The notes: generated by a model not told the origin, from the sequence alone. A stretch of 64,000 nucleotides of DNA from Verrucomicrobiota bacterium (GCA_047947115.1 CP170459.1:2752001-2816000), one strand, 5' to 3'; shown: positions 27,945 to 38,785, counted from the stretch's first letter. Translations and numbers: made by a program.

Positions 27945-30900
27945 TCAAAGGGATGCAACCACACGGAAATAGCGGTGGGGGAGAAGCGGATCAAATGCCT
28001 CGGTGAAGGTGAGCGTTTCCTCCTCTGCGCGTATTGTTTCCACATCCACCCAGTTACTCAAATCATCCGACGCTTGTAGGGTATATTGTCTGCCGGTTTC
28101 GGCATTGGTGATGATGCGTATTTCTTGGTCGGCAATCATTCCGATGGATTCGATTTGTAGCCGGAAGTCGGGATCGAACCGCGTGACTTGAATAGAGACT
28201 TTTCCTGTGTTGCTGTATTTAAACCCATCCCAAACACGCCACGTAAAGCTGTCCGATCCCGTGTATCCTGGATCCGGTGTGTAAACCAATTCTTTTTCCA
28301 AACCCGAAAGGGTCCCGTGTTTCGGACCTTCCAAAATGACTCGGTTTAGAATGTCTTCATCAATGTCCTCAACATCCAGCAGGAATGTTTTCGGAAGGTT
28401 CCTCTGTAGCAGGACGGATTGATTGTTGCCAGTGGGCTTGTGATTGGGGTATTGGACCTCGATCACCACGGTGCCCGGGTTGCTGTCAAATTCACCGTCG
28501 TTGGCAACGAATTGAATGCGGTCAAATCCGAAAAAGTCCGGATCCGGGTGATACGTCAGGTTGGGGGGATCTCCGGATATGGTTCCGTTTTCAGGAAGGA
28601 GCAACCATTCAAAGGTGAGGGGATTGTTTTCTCTGTCTTCGATACCCAGTTCGAAGGATTCATCCTTGTTGCCGAAAATTTCCACGCCGATATCGCGTGC
28701 TTTCGGGGCGGTGTTTTCATCGGTTACTTCGAAGGTGATCTGGGCCGTTCCGGTTGCGCCCAGGTTGTCCATCACCTGAAGGATTGCTTCGGTTTTCCCG
28801 ACGAAATCTTTGGCTGGCAGATAGAGCAGGGTGGATTCTGACAAGGTCAGCGTTCCTGATTCCGGATGGGATGCGATCGAGAATTCGAATGGGTCTTCAT
28901 CCACATCTTCAGCTTCCAGCTCAACGTCCACCTCCTGGTTCACTGCGGTGATGATGTATTGATCGTTCACATCTGGATGGTTGTTTTCATCGCCAATGAC
29001 GAATTCCACCGTTGCGATGGGACCATCCGTTTTTCCGTCGTTGGCTCTGTAAGTGAATTGGTCTGTGCCGGTATATCCGAACTCAGGGCTGTAGGTCGCC
29101 ACGTCGGGAAACGCAAGCACGCGCCCGTGTTCCGGTCCTTCGATAATTTCAAAACTCAACGGGTCCTGATCTGGATCATGGGCTGTAAAGGTGATGTTTT
29201 GTTCGCGGTTGCGGTTCATTGCAAATTGCTGGGATTTGGCGACTGGCGGATCGTTGATACCGGTGACCAGCAGTGAAGCTTCACCTACGGACTGAACGCC
29301 GTTGCTGTCTTCGATCATGTAGGTGAAGGTGTCCGCTCCCGAAAAATCCGGTTTGGGCACATATAAAAATTTATCGGAATCCAAGCGAGTAAGGGTGCCA
29401 CTCATAGGGGATGTCCATTCTATCAATGTGAAAGGGTCCTCATCCGGATCGACATCGTTTTCAAGTGGATCAAACTCTACGGATTCATCCTCAACAACGA
29501 CGATTCTGTCTTCTTTGGCAACCGGGGCATCATTGACCGGCTGAATGACAAGGACGACCTCTCCTATTGCCATGCCGCCTTCATCATCCACGATGACATA
29601 TTGAAAGGAATCTTCGCCATTGATGTCTTCATTGGGCTCGTAGTGAACAATTCCCTCGCCTCGCTTGAATGCCCTGCCTTGTAACGGTGGAGAGAGTTCA
29701 AGAATTCTCAATGGGAGTCCTTTGGGATGTTCGTCATTGACCAGGAGGTTGATGTCTACCGGCTGATCCTCCTCTGTCTCGATCTGATCCGTCACAGCTA
29801 TGGGGGGCTGATACCCTTCAAGGATGCTGAAGTTTGCGGTCAATTGGTCGCTCGCTCCTTCGGGATCGGTAAGCCGGAAGGTTAACACCTCAGTCCCGGT
29901 CCATTCCGGCTCCAGTGGGACCAGATTCAACTGGTTGAAGTCATCCAGTTCCAATCCCAGGTTCTCGTTGCCTTCGATGGTCCACTGCAGTTCATTTGGA
30001 GCATGATCAGGGTCGCTTCCAAATCGGTTGAGGTTGATGGGGAAAAATGCTTCTCCAAGTGGGATGGTTTGGCTCAGGATGGGGCGGATTTCGGGGGGCT
30101 GGTTCACGCGTACAGACTCATCAAAACGACCGCTGCGTTGATTGTCCTTTTGATAGGTTGGCCATGGAAGCAAGTCTTCTCGGTAGGGTGCGTCGAGGGC
30201 CCAGGCGTATATGCTGTGGCGATTTTTAAGTCCGATACGGGGGTGGTCGCGGGCGTAAGCGATATCTACTGTAGTAGAGCTGACCACATCCAATCGGCCG
30301 TCTCCATCCAGATCCGTGATGGTAGGTGGAGCGTTCTTGATCAGGGAACCGCTGGGAAGTTCAATCCAAAGTCTGTCTTTTCCTTCATCGCCACCAAATA
30401 AGACGGGGACGCCCGACGCGTTCCACGCCCGGAGTCCGGTTGTTTTGTCATATTCGTCCGTGGCCAATAGTGTGAAAGTGGATCCGTAGGTGGGGGAAAG
30501 GGTGTCCAGGATTTCGTTGCCATCCACATCGGCTATGAGAGGTGTGCTCCGGATCAATCCATCCCGGATGGGGCCTATGGGCCAGTTGTTGAGGGGGAAT
30601 CCGTGGTGATGGATGGCGTAAAGCATGCGGGTTCGATGACTGGAAACCACAATCTCCAAATCATCATCCCCGTCGAGATCCGCCAGGGCCGGCGCGCTGT
30701 CGAAGTGTTCTTCGAACACGGCTGGGAAGTTTGGAAGCATGCCTCCATTTCGATAAAAGGCATAGATGCCGCCGCGTGTGTTCTCTTCTGATCCGTCCGC
30801 CACAACGACAATTTCATTGGTGCCATCCCGGTCCAGGTCCCCGATGACGGGGGACGTGATCAGTTTGCCGCTGGTGATGAATGCGTTGAGAGTGACGTTG

Positions 30901-33596
30901 TTGGGGAGTTCGAGATCGTAGATGCCAACTGATTTACAATCATTCACGCAGATAATCTCAAGTTCCGGATCGTCGTCCATATTGGCAACGGCGGGGAGGA
31001 GTTCCATGACATCCAGATCATGATCACAGGCCAGCAGATTCCACCTGTTCATGATTTCTCCATTAGCCTTGATGACCATGAGTTGCCGGTTGTTCGAAAA
31101 TCCCCCGCTGGCCGGTTCGTGGGCAAGTGCGATGATTTCCTGCGTTCCGTCTCCATCCAGATCGGCCATTATTTTTCCAAGAGATTTATAACCGGTTCGA
31201 ACAGGCCATCCGTCGGAGAAGGGAGTGCCGTCGTGATGAAATCCCTGCAGCAGGCCGCCGCTTCCGCCCTCGGTGAAAATCTCCATGGTGCCATCACCGT
31301 CCATATCTCCCACCAAGGGCAGATCATGAAAGGGGACAGCATCCCCCAGCGTGGTCTGCCAGGCGGGTTTGCCATCGTGATGATAAACATAAAGCATGGT
31401 TGGCATCCCAAACAGATCTCCGACTTCGATCAGTACGATTTCCTGGTCTCCGTCCTGATCCAGATCTTCCACCACCACCGGACGCCAGTCATCACCCGTT
31501 GCTTCCTTGCCAATCGAATGATAAAGCGGAAAACCCGGCAGCAGGTTCGCTTCCAGATGGATTGCCTGCACGATATGAGCCGTTGATGCTCCCTGGTCAT
31601 CGGTTGCGGTGAGTCGTAAGGAGTAGAGAGAATCAGGTTTCATCTGGCGTGTGTCCCAAATGGCGAGGGTGTCCTGAAAGGGGGTCAGGTCGCCGTGATC
31701 GCTTTGTTCGATTCCAATCTGGGTCCATGTTTCCGGGGTGGCTCCGGTTCCGATTTCCAGGGTGTAGGTCCGAGCTCTGCCAAACACGCTGCCTTTGATT
31801 TCGATGATGTCGCCGGATCGCAGGATGTCGTTGTTTTGTGGGGAAATGATTTCAACATTCACGACTTCAACCGACTTTGTGACCGTGTTGGTCTGGCCGA
31901 GAGAGTCCGTCACTTCGATCCGGAAGGTGTGGGTGCCGTCCGTTAAATTCTCCGTATTGAATCCTGCCAACAACGTTGCATCGTTGAGAGGTTGATCGCT
32001 TCGATGAATCTCGGTCCAGGATTCAGGAAATGCTCCGGCTCCTATGGAAAGAACGTATTCGCGAAACCTTTCCCCATCTGCCGAACCTTGAATATCGAGG
32101 ATGCCACCCAGCTTTTCTGGTAACTTTAAGTCGGCACGCGGGAGTCGTTCGATGGTTTGCTGGGCTTTGAACACGTTGAGACGGCCCGAGCCGATGTATT
32201 TATCGGGTTGGATGGGGTCGACGGCATTGAGCAGCATGCGGGTTAGGTCTGTGGAACTCCAGTCAGGGTGACGGGCCAGGACCAGGACGGCGGCCCCCGT
32301 TACGTGAGGCGCCGCCATGGAAGTGCCGCTGAGAAAACCAAAACGATTGTCGGGCATGGTTGAGAAAATGGTCTGTCCGGGTGCGGCCAGGTCAATGAAG
32401 AGGCCAAAGTTGGAGAAGCGCGTGCGTTGATCGTTTCTATCCGTGGCTCCCACACCAATTGTATGATCAAACGCCGCAGGGTAGAACAGCTGATCACTCT
32501 GGCGGTTGCCTCCGGCTGCGACAAAGAGAACGTCTGCCTCCGCTGCTTCTTCAACCAATGTGCGCATGATCTCGCTGCGGACATCCACTCCCCAACTGGC
32601 ATTGATGATCCGGGCACCATGGTCGATCGCATAACGCACTCCCCGCGCAACGGTGGCCACATCGGCAGTGCCGCGAACACCAAATGTTTTGATGGCCATC
32701 ATGCTCACTTGCTGGGTGACGCCGGTCGAGCCTTGTCGATTGTTGGTGACCGCTCCAACGATTCCTGCGACATGTGTGCCATGTGATTGATCGTCGAACG
32801 GATCTCCGTCGTCCGACACAAAGTCATATCCGTGGACATCGTCAATATAGCCGTTGTTGTCGTCGTCCAACCCGTTTCCCGGAATCTCATTGGCATTGAT
32901 CCATACGTTTTCCCGCACGTCGGGATGGAAAAAGTCGATGCCGGTATCCACCACGGCCACGACCACTTCCTTGCTTCCGGTGCCCAGCTCCCATGCTTCC
33001 GGGAGGTCGATGTCGGCGTCGATGGTTCCCTCAAACTGGCCGGTGTTGTTCAATCCCCATGAGCGGTCGAAATAAAAATCATTTGGAAGCTCAATGTCGC
33101 TCGGGGATTGATCTAGATCCACACGGAAGTTGGGTTCCACATGCAGCACGTTCGGATCGAGTCGCAATTGACGGATGATGTGGTTGAGCCGGGTGTTTTG
33201 AGGCAACGAGACCACGATCCAGTGATCCAGATCGGGCTTGGTGTCCCGGTAGGTGCCGCGCGGTTGGATTCTTTTGCGTTCGTTGGAAATGAGTGGTTCC
33301 CAGGACCAGCCCGGGGTTGGCTCCAAACGAGCTTGGGCCCAGGTGCGGGAAGAGTCTTTGAGGCAGACCAGTAATTCATCAGGCCTCACCTTCACCTTCC
33401 GGACTTTATCCCATTCTTTGATCTCGAAATCATTCCATGCGGTCTCGGCAGCCATAGCCGAAGACAAGTTGCTGAAGAGTTGCCAACAAACTACGACAGC
33501 CAGCCACCAGCGTGTTGGGACGCGGTTGACTCGACCGCTGACACTGCAGGTGCCATGCAGGCTGTCTGATACGATGTTTTGACTCAGTTTTCTCAC
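27945..33596 (-). CDS. Large secreted S8 (subtilisin-like) serine peptidase with FG-GAP/VCBS repeats and tandem Ig/cadherin-like repeats
   Basis: Catalytic VAVVDTG, HGTHVAG, GTSMAAPHV; many DLDGDG repeats; NDAPVA..D..DPDxD..G.DSFTY repeats; start uncertain (GTG). Confidence 0.92.
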   Translation of the reverse strand: MRKLSQNIVSDSLHGTCSVSGRVNRVPTRWWLAVVVCWQLFSNLSSAMAAETAWNDFEIKEWDKVRKVKVRPDELLVCLKDSSRTWAQARLEPTPGWSWEPLISNERKRIQPRGTYRDTKPDLDHWIVVSLPQNTRLNHIIRQLRLDPNVLHVEPNFRVDLDQSPSDIELPNDFYFDRSWGLNNTGQFEGTIDADIDLPEAWELGTGSKEVVVAVVDTGIDFFHPDVRENVWINANEIPGNGLDDDNNGYIDDVHGYDFVSDDGDPFDDQSHGTHVAGIVGAVTNNRQGSTGVTQQVSMMAIKTFGVRGTADVATVARGVRYAIDHGARIINASWGVDVRSEIMRTLVEEAAEADVLFVAAGGNRQSDQLFYPAAFDHTIGVGATDRNDQRTRFSNFGLFIDLAAPGQTIFSTMPDNRFGFLSGTSMAAPHVTGAAVLVLARHPDWSSTDLTRMLLNAVDPIQPDKYIGSGRLNVFKAQQTIERLPRADLKLPEKLGGILDIQGSADGERFREYVLSIGAGAFPESWTEIHRSDQPLNDATLLAGFNTENLTDGTHTFRIEVTDSLGQTNTVTKSVEVVNVEIISPQNNDILRSGDIIEIKGSVFGRARTYTLEIGTGATPETWTQIGIEQSDHGDLTPFQDTLAIWDTRQMKPDSLYSLRLTATDDQGASTAHIVQAIHLEANLLPGFPLYHSIGKEATGDDWRPVVVEDLDQDGDQEIVLIEVGDLFGMPTMLYVYHHDGKPAWQTTLGDAVPFHDLPLVGDMDGDGTMEIFTEGGSGGLLQGFHHDGTPFSDGWPVRTGYKSLGKIMADLDGDGTQEIIALAHEPASGGFSNNRQLMVIKANGEIMNRWNLLACDHDLDVMELLPAVANMDDDPELEIICVNDCKSVGIYDLELPNNVTLNAFITSGKLITSPVIGDLDRDGTNEIVVVADGSEENTRGGIYAFYRNGGMLPNFPAVFEEHFDSAPALADLDGDDDLEIVVSSHRTRMLYAIHHHGFPLNNWPIGPIRDGLIRSTPLIADVDGNEILDTLSPTYGSTFTLLATDEYDKTTGLRAWNASGVPVLFGGDEGKDRLWIELPSGSLIKNAPPTITDLDGDGRLDVVSSTTVDIAYARDHPRIGLKNRHSIYAWALDAPYREDLLPWPTYQKDNQRSGRFDESVRVNQPPEIRPILSQTIPLGEAFFPINLNRFGSDPDHAPNELQWTIEGNENLGLELDDFNQLNLVPLEPEWTGTEVLTFRLTDPEGASDQLTANFSILEGYQPPIAVTDQIETEEDQPVDINLLVNDEHPKGLPLRILELSPPLQGRAFKRGEGIVHYEPNEDINGEDSFQYVIVDDEGGMAIGEVVLVIQPVNDAPVAKEDRIVVVEDESVEFDPLENDVDPDEDPFTLIEWTSPMSGTLTRLDSDKFLYVPKPDFSGADTFTYMIEDSNGVQSVGEASLLVTGINDPPVAKSQQFAMNRNREQNITFTAHDPDQDPLSFEIIEGPEHGRVLAFPDVATYSPEFGYTGTDQFTYRANDGKTDGPIATVEFVIGDENNHPDVNDQYIITAVNQEVDVELEAEDVDEDPFEFSIASHPESGTLTLSESTLLYLPAKDFVGKTEAILQVMDNLGATGTAQITFEVTDENTAPKARDIGVEIFGNKDESFELGIEDRENNPLTFEWLLLPENGTISGDPPNLTYHPDPDFFGFDRIQFVANDGEFDSNPGTVVIEVQYPNHKPTGNNQSVLLQRNLPKTFLLDVEDIDEDILNRVILEGPKHGTLSGLEKELVYTPDPGYTGSDSFTWRVWDGFKYSNTGKVSIQVTRFDPDFRLQIESIGMIADQEIRIITNAETGRQYTLQASDDLSNWVDVETIRAEEETLTFTEAFDPLLPHRYFRVVASL

Positions 33597-33776
33597 CTCA
33601 CTTTTCCATGCAGGATTCGTTCCATTCCGGAGCCAGGGATCCAGGAGACCTTACCTTTCTTCTTGGAGGAATCCAGACGGATTTTATTTCTTTGAGATTG
33701 ACCAATCAGGGGAGGGGGGGGTTCATTAGGAGACGGCAGGCACCTCCGAGGGCTTGTCGGGCATTTTTTACAAACT

Positions 33777-34169
33777 ATGGACTTTGTTAAGAATCTTAAA
33801 TTCAACAGCGACGGCTTGATCCCGGCGATTGTTCAGGACGCCACCAACGGTCGTGTGCTGATGATGGCCTGGATGAATGAAGCCGCGCTGGAAAAAACCG
33901 TGCAAACCGGCAAGACCCACTTCTGGAGTCGTTCCCGCCAGAAGTTTTGGATGAAAGGCGAGTCCAGCGGCCACACGCAAAGCGTCAAGGACATTGCCTA
34001 TGATTGCGACGGAGACACCCTGCTGGTGCAGGTGGAACAGGAAGGTGCCGCCTGCCATGAAGGCTACCGCTCCTGCTTCTTCACATCCATCGCCGACGAA
34101 GGCTCTGCCACCAAAATCACCGAGCCCATGCTCAAATCTCCTGAAGAGATTTACGGTAAGGGTAAGTAG
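33777..34169 (+). CDS. hisI: Phosphoribosyl-AMP cyclohydrolase (stand-alone)
   Basis: [41 protein letters not shown]. Confidence 0.96.
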   Translation: MDFVKNLKFNSDGLIPAIVQDATNGRVLMMAWMNEAALEKTVQTGKTHFWSRSRQKFWMKGESSGHTQSVKDIAYDCDGDTLLVQVEQEGAACHEGYRSCFFTSIADEGSATKITEPMLKSPEEIYGKGK

Positions 34170-34182
34170 ATTGGGCCCTATC

Positions 34183-35223
34183 CTATAACCGGCGCAGTCC
34201 GTCCTCTGGCATGGCGTTGGGGATATCGACTTCGATCTGATCCAGCTTGGCCATGGTTTCCTGGTCAAGATCAACGTTCCCTGCCGCTAAGGTGGTTTCC
34301 AGCTGGCCGACATGGGAAGCGCCAATGATGGTGGATGCCACGTAGTCGTGGTTCTTGCTCCAGGCGGTTGCCAAGGTGACGGGATGCATGCCGATTTCTT
34401 CGGCGATGGCTTCCATTCGTTCGACCACTGCCAAGGTGCGGTTGTTGACGAATCGTCGGGCCATGTTTTTCTGACGTTCCTTGCCGTGCAGCAGGTAGTG
34501 CGAGAAGCGCGCGCCTTCAGGGAATTGCCCGCCGTTGTATTTTCCGCAAAGAACGCCACCTCCCAGTGGTGAATAGGGAACCAGGCTGACGTTTTCCTGA
34601 CGGCAAACTTGTGCGAGTTCGCTTTCGCAACGGCGGTTGATCAGGCTGAAATTGTTTTGAACCGTGTCAATGCGGTCCAGTCCCGTTACATCCGAAGTCC
34701 AAAGACTCTTCATCACTCCCCAGCAGGTTTCATTGCTGCACCCGATGACGCGGATCTTACCTTGCTGCTTGAGTTCGGTCATGGCTGCAAGCGTCTCCTC
34801 ATGGCGCATGCCATGGTCCGGCCAGTGGGTTTGGTAGAGGTCGATGTAATCCGTTTGCAAACGTTGCAGGCTGCCTTCGACCGCCCGGATGATCTGATGC
34901 CGGTCCAGGCAGGTCATGCCATGCCGGACGGGGGGGACAAACCAGCCGTGTCCTGCCCCGGTGATTTTGGTTGCCAGGATGATGGAATCCCGTGGTTTTG
35001 TTTTGAGCCAGCGTCCGACAAATTCTTCGGTTACACCATACGTTTCGGCTCGGGGAGGCACCGGATACATTTCGGCCGCATCAAAGAAGTTGACCCCTTT
35101 TTCGTAGGCCACGTCCATGATCCGATGTGACATCGGTTCGTCGGTCTGATCTCCAAAGGTCATGGTGCCCATGCATATCTCGGACACCACCAATCCGCTT
35201 TTCCCTAGTCTGCGTTTCCTCAT
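34183..35223 (-). CDS. Aldo/keto reductase (Tas-like)
   Basis: GTMTFG, DAAEMY, SLQRLQTDYIDLYQTHWP, GKIRVIGCSNE, YSPLGGG. Confidence 0.92.
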   Translation of the reverse strand: MRKRRLGKSGLVVSEICMGTMTFGDQTDEPMSHRIMDVAYEKGVNFFDAAEMYPVPPRAETYGVTEEFVGRWLKTKPRDSIILATKITGAGHGWFVPPVRHGMTCLDRHQIIRAVEGSLQRLQTDYIDLYQTHWPDHGMRHEETLAAMTELKQQGKIRVIGCSNETCWGVMKSLWTSDVTGLDRIDTVQNNFSLINRRCESELAQVCRQENVSLVPYSPLGGGVLCGKYNGGQFPEGARFSHYLLHGKERQKNMARRFVNNRTLAVVERMEAIAEEIGMHPVTLATAWSKNHDYVASTIIGASHVGQLETTLAAGNVDLDQETMAKLDQIEVDIPNAMPEDGLRRL

Positions 35224-35241
35224 CCTGGCTGTGTTTTCCGT

Positions 35242-35823
35242 CTATTCCGCCTTGAGCGCCTTGTCGATGGCTGCTTTGAGGTCGGCATCTTCAGGTTTTA
35301 CCTTGGATGGGTAGTGACCGATGACATTCCCTTTCTTGTCGATCAGAAATTTCTCAAAATTCCAGCGAACCTGGCCACCGTGATCCGGGTGGTTGGTGAG
35401 GTATTTGTAGAGAGGAGCTTGTTTGTCTCCTTTGACGTCGATTTTCCCCATCAAGGGAAAGGTGACCCCGTAGTTTTCCTTGCAGAAGCTCTGGATTTCC
35501 AGGTGAGTGCCGGGTTCCTGTGCTCCGAAGTTGTTGCATGGAAATCCGATGATTGAGAATCCCTTGTCCTTATATTCGGAGTAGAGTTTTTGAAGGCCTT
35601 CGTATTGGGGGGTGTAACCGCATTTGCTAGCCACATTGACCATCAAAAGCACCTTGCCCTTGTATTGGCTCAGGTCGGTTTCCTGGTCCTGAATATTCTT
35701 CATTTTGAAACTCAGGGCGTTTGATTCATTGTGATGATCTGCTTTCATGTGGGTGGTTGCGATGGCTCCCAAAGCGAGAAAAGCCATCAGCCAGCGGCTG
35801 ATTGAATGTTGCATGTTTTTCAT
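35242..35823 (-). CDS. Glutathione peroxidase family protein (Cys type, with signal peptide)
   Basis: VNVASKCGYT, GFPCNNFGAQEPG, WNFEKFL. Confidence 0.95.
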   Translation of the reverse strand: MKNMQHSISRWLMAFLALGAIATTHMKADHHNESNALSFKMKNIQDQETDLSQYKGKVLLMVNVASKCGYTPQYEGLQKLYSEYKDKGFSIIGFPCNNFGAQEPGTHLEIQSFCKENYGVTFPLMGKIDVKGDKQAPLYKYLTNHPDHGGQVRWNFEKFLIDKKGNVIGHYPSKVKPEDADLKAAIDKALKAE

Positions 35824-35908
35824 AGTTTTCTGAACTGAGGTAATGTTTCAGTCTTTGCGGCAAATGCAACTGGTTTTTCTTCGACGCTGCATTTTTCCAG
35901 TGCTTGAC

Positions 35909-37255
35909 TCAGGAGGCGGATTCTTCCTGGATATAGGTCTGCTCCTCGTAAAATCGTGCGTAGATGCAATACAGCACAGCTGCTACGAGCATCAAGCCGG
36001 CGAAGAACAGGTGATATTGTACCCCTTCCAGTTTTGTGGTGCCGTCTTCATTTTGAATGAACCGATTGACCAGGGCAGTCACTTGATTGCCCAGCGATAT
36101 GGACAGCAAATAAAACGACATAATCATCGATTTCATGGCGTTCGGCGATTGGGTATAGGAGAATTCCAACCCGGTTTGATAGATCATAACCTCGGCGGCG
36201 GTCAGGAAGCCATAGGCCAGCAGTTGCCACGCGATGGTTGGGGATTGGCCAGCTTGAATCATACTTTCGATCCAGGCGATGATCAGGACAGCGGGAAGGG
36301 TCATGAACATGCCTATCCCTATTTTCCGAAGTGGATTTAGTTTGTAGAACTTATTGACCGTTGGGTAGATCACATAGGTGAACAATGGAATGTAAATGAG
36401 CACCAGAATGGGGTTGATAGCCTGAATCTGACTGGGAAGCCATTCGACTCCCATCCAGTTCAAATTCATTTCCCTGGCTTGCAGCACCCAGGCGGAACCG
36501 TTCTGTTCATAAACCGCCCAGAAGACGGCGATAAACAAATAGATGCTGAACAGTTTGGCGATTGCCTTGAATCCATCGCCGCTGAAGGCCTCTTTGATGA
36601 ACGTTTTGCCTCCGGGCGGGATATGAATGAATTGTTTTCTTCCCAGCCAGAATACCCAGGTCGCAAGGAGCATCAGGATACCCGGGATGGCAAACGCCCA
36701 GTGTGCTCCATATTTGGCGAGCAGGATGGGTGTCAGAAGAGTGGAGATGAACGCTCCAAAGTTGATTGACCAATAGAACCAGCCGAACACTTTGCCGAGC
36801 AAGTGCTTGTTGGAAGATCCGAATTGATCACCCACGTGGGCTGTCACACAAGGTTTAATGCCCCCGGCTCCAAGCGCGATCAAGCCCAGCCCTATGGTCA
36901 GTCCCGTCCTGGTTTCATCCAGAGCGAGAGCCAGATGCCCCAGGCAGTAGACGATGGAAAGCGCGATGATGGTTCGGTATTTTCCAAGGAAGGCATCAGA
37001 GAGAATAGCCCCCAGCACCGGGAAAAAGTAGGCCCACGACATGAAATTGTGATACCATACTTTCGCTTGTTCATCCGTCATGACGTCCAATTCGCCATTG
37101 GCATTCTTCAGATACTGCGTCATGAAAATGACGAGAATCGTGCGCATGCCGTAGTAGCTGAACCGCTCGGCGGCTTCGTTCCCTACGATGTATGGAATGC
37201 CTGACGGCATGCCCGTGGATTTACGCGGAGCAGTGAGGTAGGACGGTTTGGCCAT
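35909..37255 (-). CDS. POT/PTR2 family proton-dependent oligopeptide transporter
   Basis: EAAERFSYYGM, GGIKPC, FYWSINFG, multiple TM helices. Confidence 0.93.
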   Translation of the reverse strand: MAKPSYLTAPRKSTGMPSGIPYIVGNEAAERFSYYGMRTILVIFMTQYLKNANGELDVMTDEQAKVWYHNFMSWAYFFPVLGAILSDAFLGKYRTIIALSIVYCLGHLALALDETRTGLTIGLGLIALGAGGIKPCVTAHVGDQFGSSNKHLLGKVFGWFYWSINFGAFISTLLTPILLAKYGAHWAFAIPGILMLLATWVFWLGRKQFIHIPPGGKTFIKEAFSGDGFKAIAKLFSIYLFIAVFWAVYEQNGSAWVLQAREMNLNWMGVEWLPSQIQAINPILVLIYIPLFTYVIYPTVNKFYKLNPLRKIGIGMFMTLPAVLIIAWIESMIQAGQSPTIAWQLLAYGFLTAAEVMIYQTGLEFSYTQSPNAMKSMIMSFYLLSISLGNQVTALVNRFIQNEDGTTKLEGVQYHLFFAGLMLVAAVLYCIYARFYEEQTYIQEESAS

Positions 37256-37321
37256 GGTGGGATCGAATGATCAGTCGGTGACGTTTTCGGTTTTGCCTGT
37301 CAGCATGGGGCAGGTGATGGA

Positions 37322-37729
37322 CTAATCCTGTTTGTTCCAAAAGTCTACCACGAACACGTCGTCCAGCAAAGGTCCGACCAGTTTGCCAAATTCCTTATGA
37401 TGAGGGTGTACCAGGTAGTCGTCCCGATCCTGGCCCGAGTGAAACGTCAGCACGAACCCGTGGGTGAACCCTTTGTTCAATCCCTCCGGACTGTTGTTGG
37501 TGCCCCACTCGTACGAAACGATCTGGGGAATTTTTTTCTGTAGAGCGGCAAATGCCTTTTCCACTTTTTGAATGTCTTCCTTGGAAGCGGTGTCCTTGAA
37601 CTTAAAGGAGACCATGTGAACCAGATTGCCTCGTTTTGAGGCTTTCTCCGCAGCTTCTGTGATGTTTGAAAGGCTCATCATTCCCAATAATGCAATAGTG
37701 AATACAATAAAAAACGATTTCATTTTCAT
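37322..37729 (-). CDS. Dabb (stress-responsive A/B barrel) family protein, secreted
   Basis: HMVSFKFK, EWGTNNSPE..KGFTHGF, YLVHPHH, VVDF. Confidence 0.9.
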   Translation of the reverse strand: MKMKSFFIVFTIALLGMMSLSNITEAAEKASKRGNLVHMVSFKFKDTASKEDIQKVEKAFAALQKKIPQIVSYEWGTNNSPEGLNKGFTHGFVLTFHSGQDRDDYLVHPHHKEFGKLVGPLLDDVFVVDFWNKQD

Positions 37730-37850
37730 GATTAGAACTAGGGTTTTGGTAACTGGTTCGGCAAACTAACAGTCCAGCACACACCCGGCAAGCGAGAAAG
37801 CCCGCCTTGCTCATGCAACGGGCCCATGGACCGATTGCCAGGATGACATT

Positions 37851-37880
37851 AAAAAAGCGGCAACAAGTGTTGCCGCTTTT
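37851..37880 (-). terminator. Intrinsic terminator of the atp operon
   Basis: AAAAGCGGCAACA-AG-TGTTGCCGCTTTT perfect inverted repeat about 25 nt after the atpG stop. Confidence 0.85.
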
Positions 37881-37906
37881 GAGTGTTCAAATGGTCTTGC
37901 TACGGT

Positions 37907-38785
37907 TTAACCCAGAGCCATGGCTGCGGAAGTAATTTCGAGCAGCTCGTTGGTGATCATGGCTTGACGCAGTTTGTTATATTCAAGCGTCAGATCCTTG
38001 ATCAATTGTTTGGCATTGTCGGTTGCATTCTTCATGGCAACCATTCGGGCGCTGTGTTCGCTCGCCTTGGATTCCAGAAGGATTTGATACATCTGGAAGT
38101 TCAGGTAGTGAGGCAACAGGTTTCCGAATACGTCCTTGGCATTGGGCTCAAACAAAAACTCAACATTCGCTTTTTCCAATTCCTTTTGGCTGGACTCACC
38201 TTCAATACCGGCCTCGATTCCCTTGATCTCGCTTATCGGTAGAAAAGTGCGCAGTTCGGGGTGTTGATTCAATGTGCTAACGAAGTTGGTGAACAGGATG
38301 TCCACCCCGCTGACCTCGCCCTTCATGAACATCTCCTGGGCCATCTTTGAAATGGCACGTGCTTCGGCAAATGCCGGAGCATCTTTGTAGCTGAACTCGG
38401 CTGCCAGATCCCGCTTGGTGCGCGCCAGAAACTGGGCCGCCTTGCGTCCTGCGGAGATGAAGACCGTGTTGTCCTTGTCGATCTTGGTCGCTTCGCGAAA
38501 CAGGTTTGAATTCAGTGCACCGCACAGTCCTTTGTCGGAACTCACCACGATGACGGCACGTTTTTTGCCGGATCCAGCCTCCAACAGGGGATGGCTGAAA
38601 TCACCAGCGCCGGAGGACACTTCTGCCAGGACCTGGTTCATCAGGTTTGCATATGGACGTCCCGCCAGGGCAGCTTGCTGGGCGCGGCGCATTTTGGATG
38701 CCGCGACCATTTGCATGGCCTTGGTGATCTGGGAGGTGTTCTTGACGGACTTGATCCGTCGTCGAATGTCGCGTGTGCTGGGCAT
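37907..38785 (-). CDS. atpG: ATP synthase F1 gamma subunit
   Basis: IRRRIKSVKNTSQITKAMQMVAASK, SDKGLCGALN, ARMVAMKNATDNA, RQAMITNEL. Confidence 0.98.
   Translation of the reverse strand: MPSTRDIRRRIKSVKNTSQITKAMQMVAASKMRRAQQAALAGRPYANLMNQVLAEVSSGAGDFSHPLLEAGSGKKRAVIVVSSDKGLCGALNSNLFREATKIDKDNTVFISAGRKAAQFLARTKRDLAAEFSYKDAPAFAEARAISKMAQEMFMKGEVSGVDILFTNFVSTLNQHPELRTFLPISEIKGIEAGIEGESSQKELEKANVEFLFEPNAKDVFGNLLPHYLNFQMYQILLESKASEHSARMVAMKNATDNAKQLIKDLTLEYNKLRQAMITNELLEITSAAMALG

Noticed and set aside
22844..33776. Integrative element or prophage at tRNA-Gly
   Set aside because: No integrase, no phage genes, and I found no duplicated tRNA 3' end downstream.
35242..35823. Selenocysteine in glutathione peroxidase
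   Set aside because: The active-site codon encodes Cys (SKCG) in an uninterrupted ORF.
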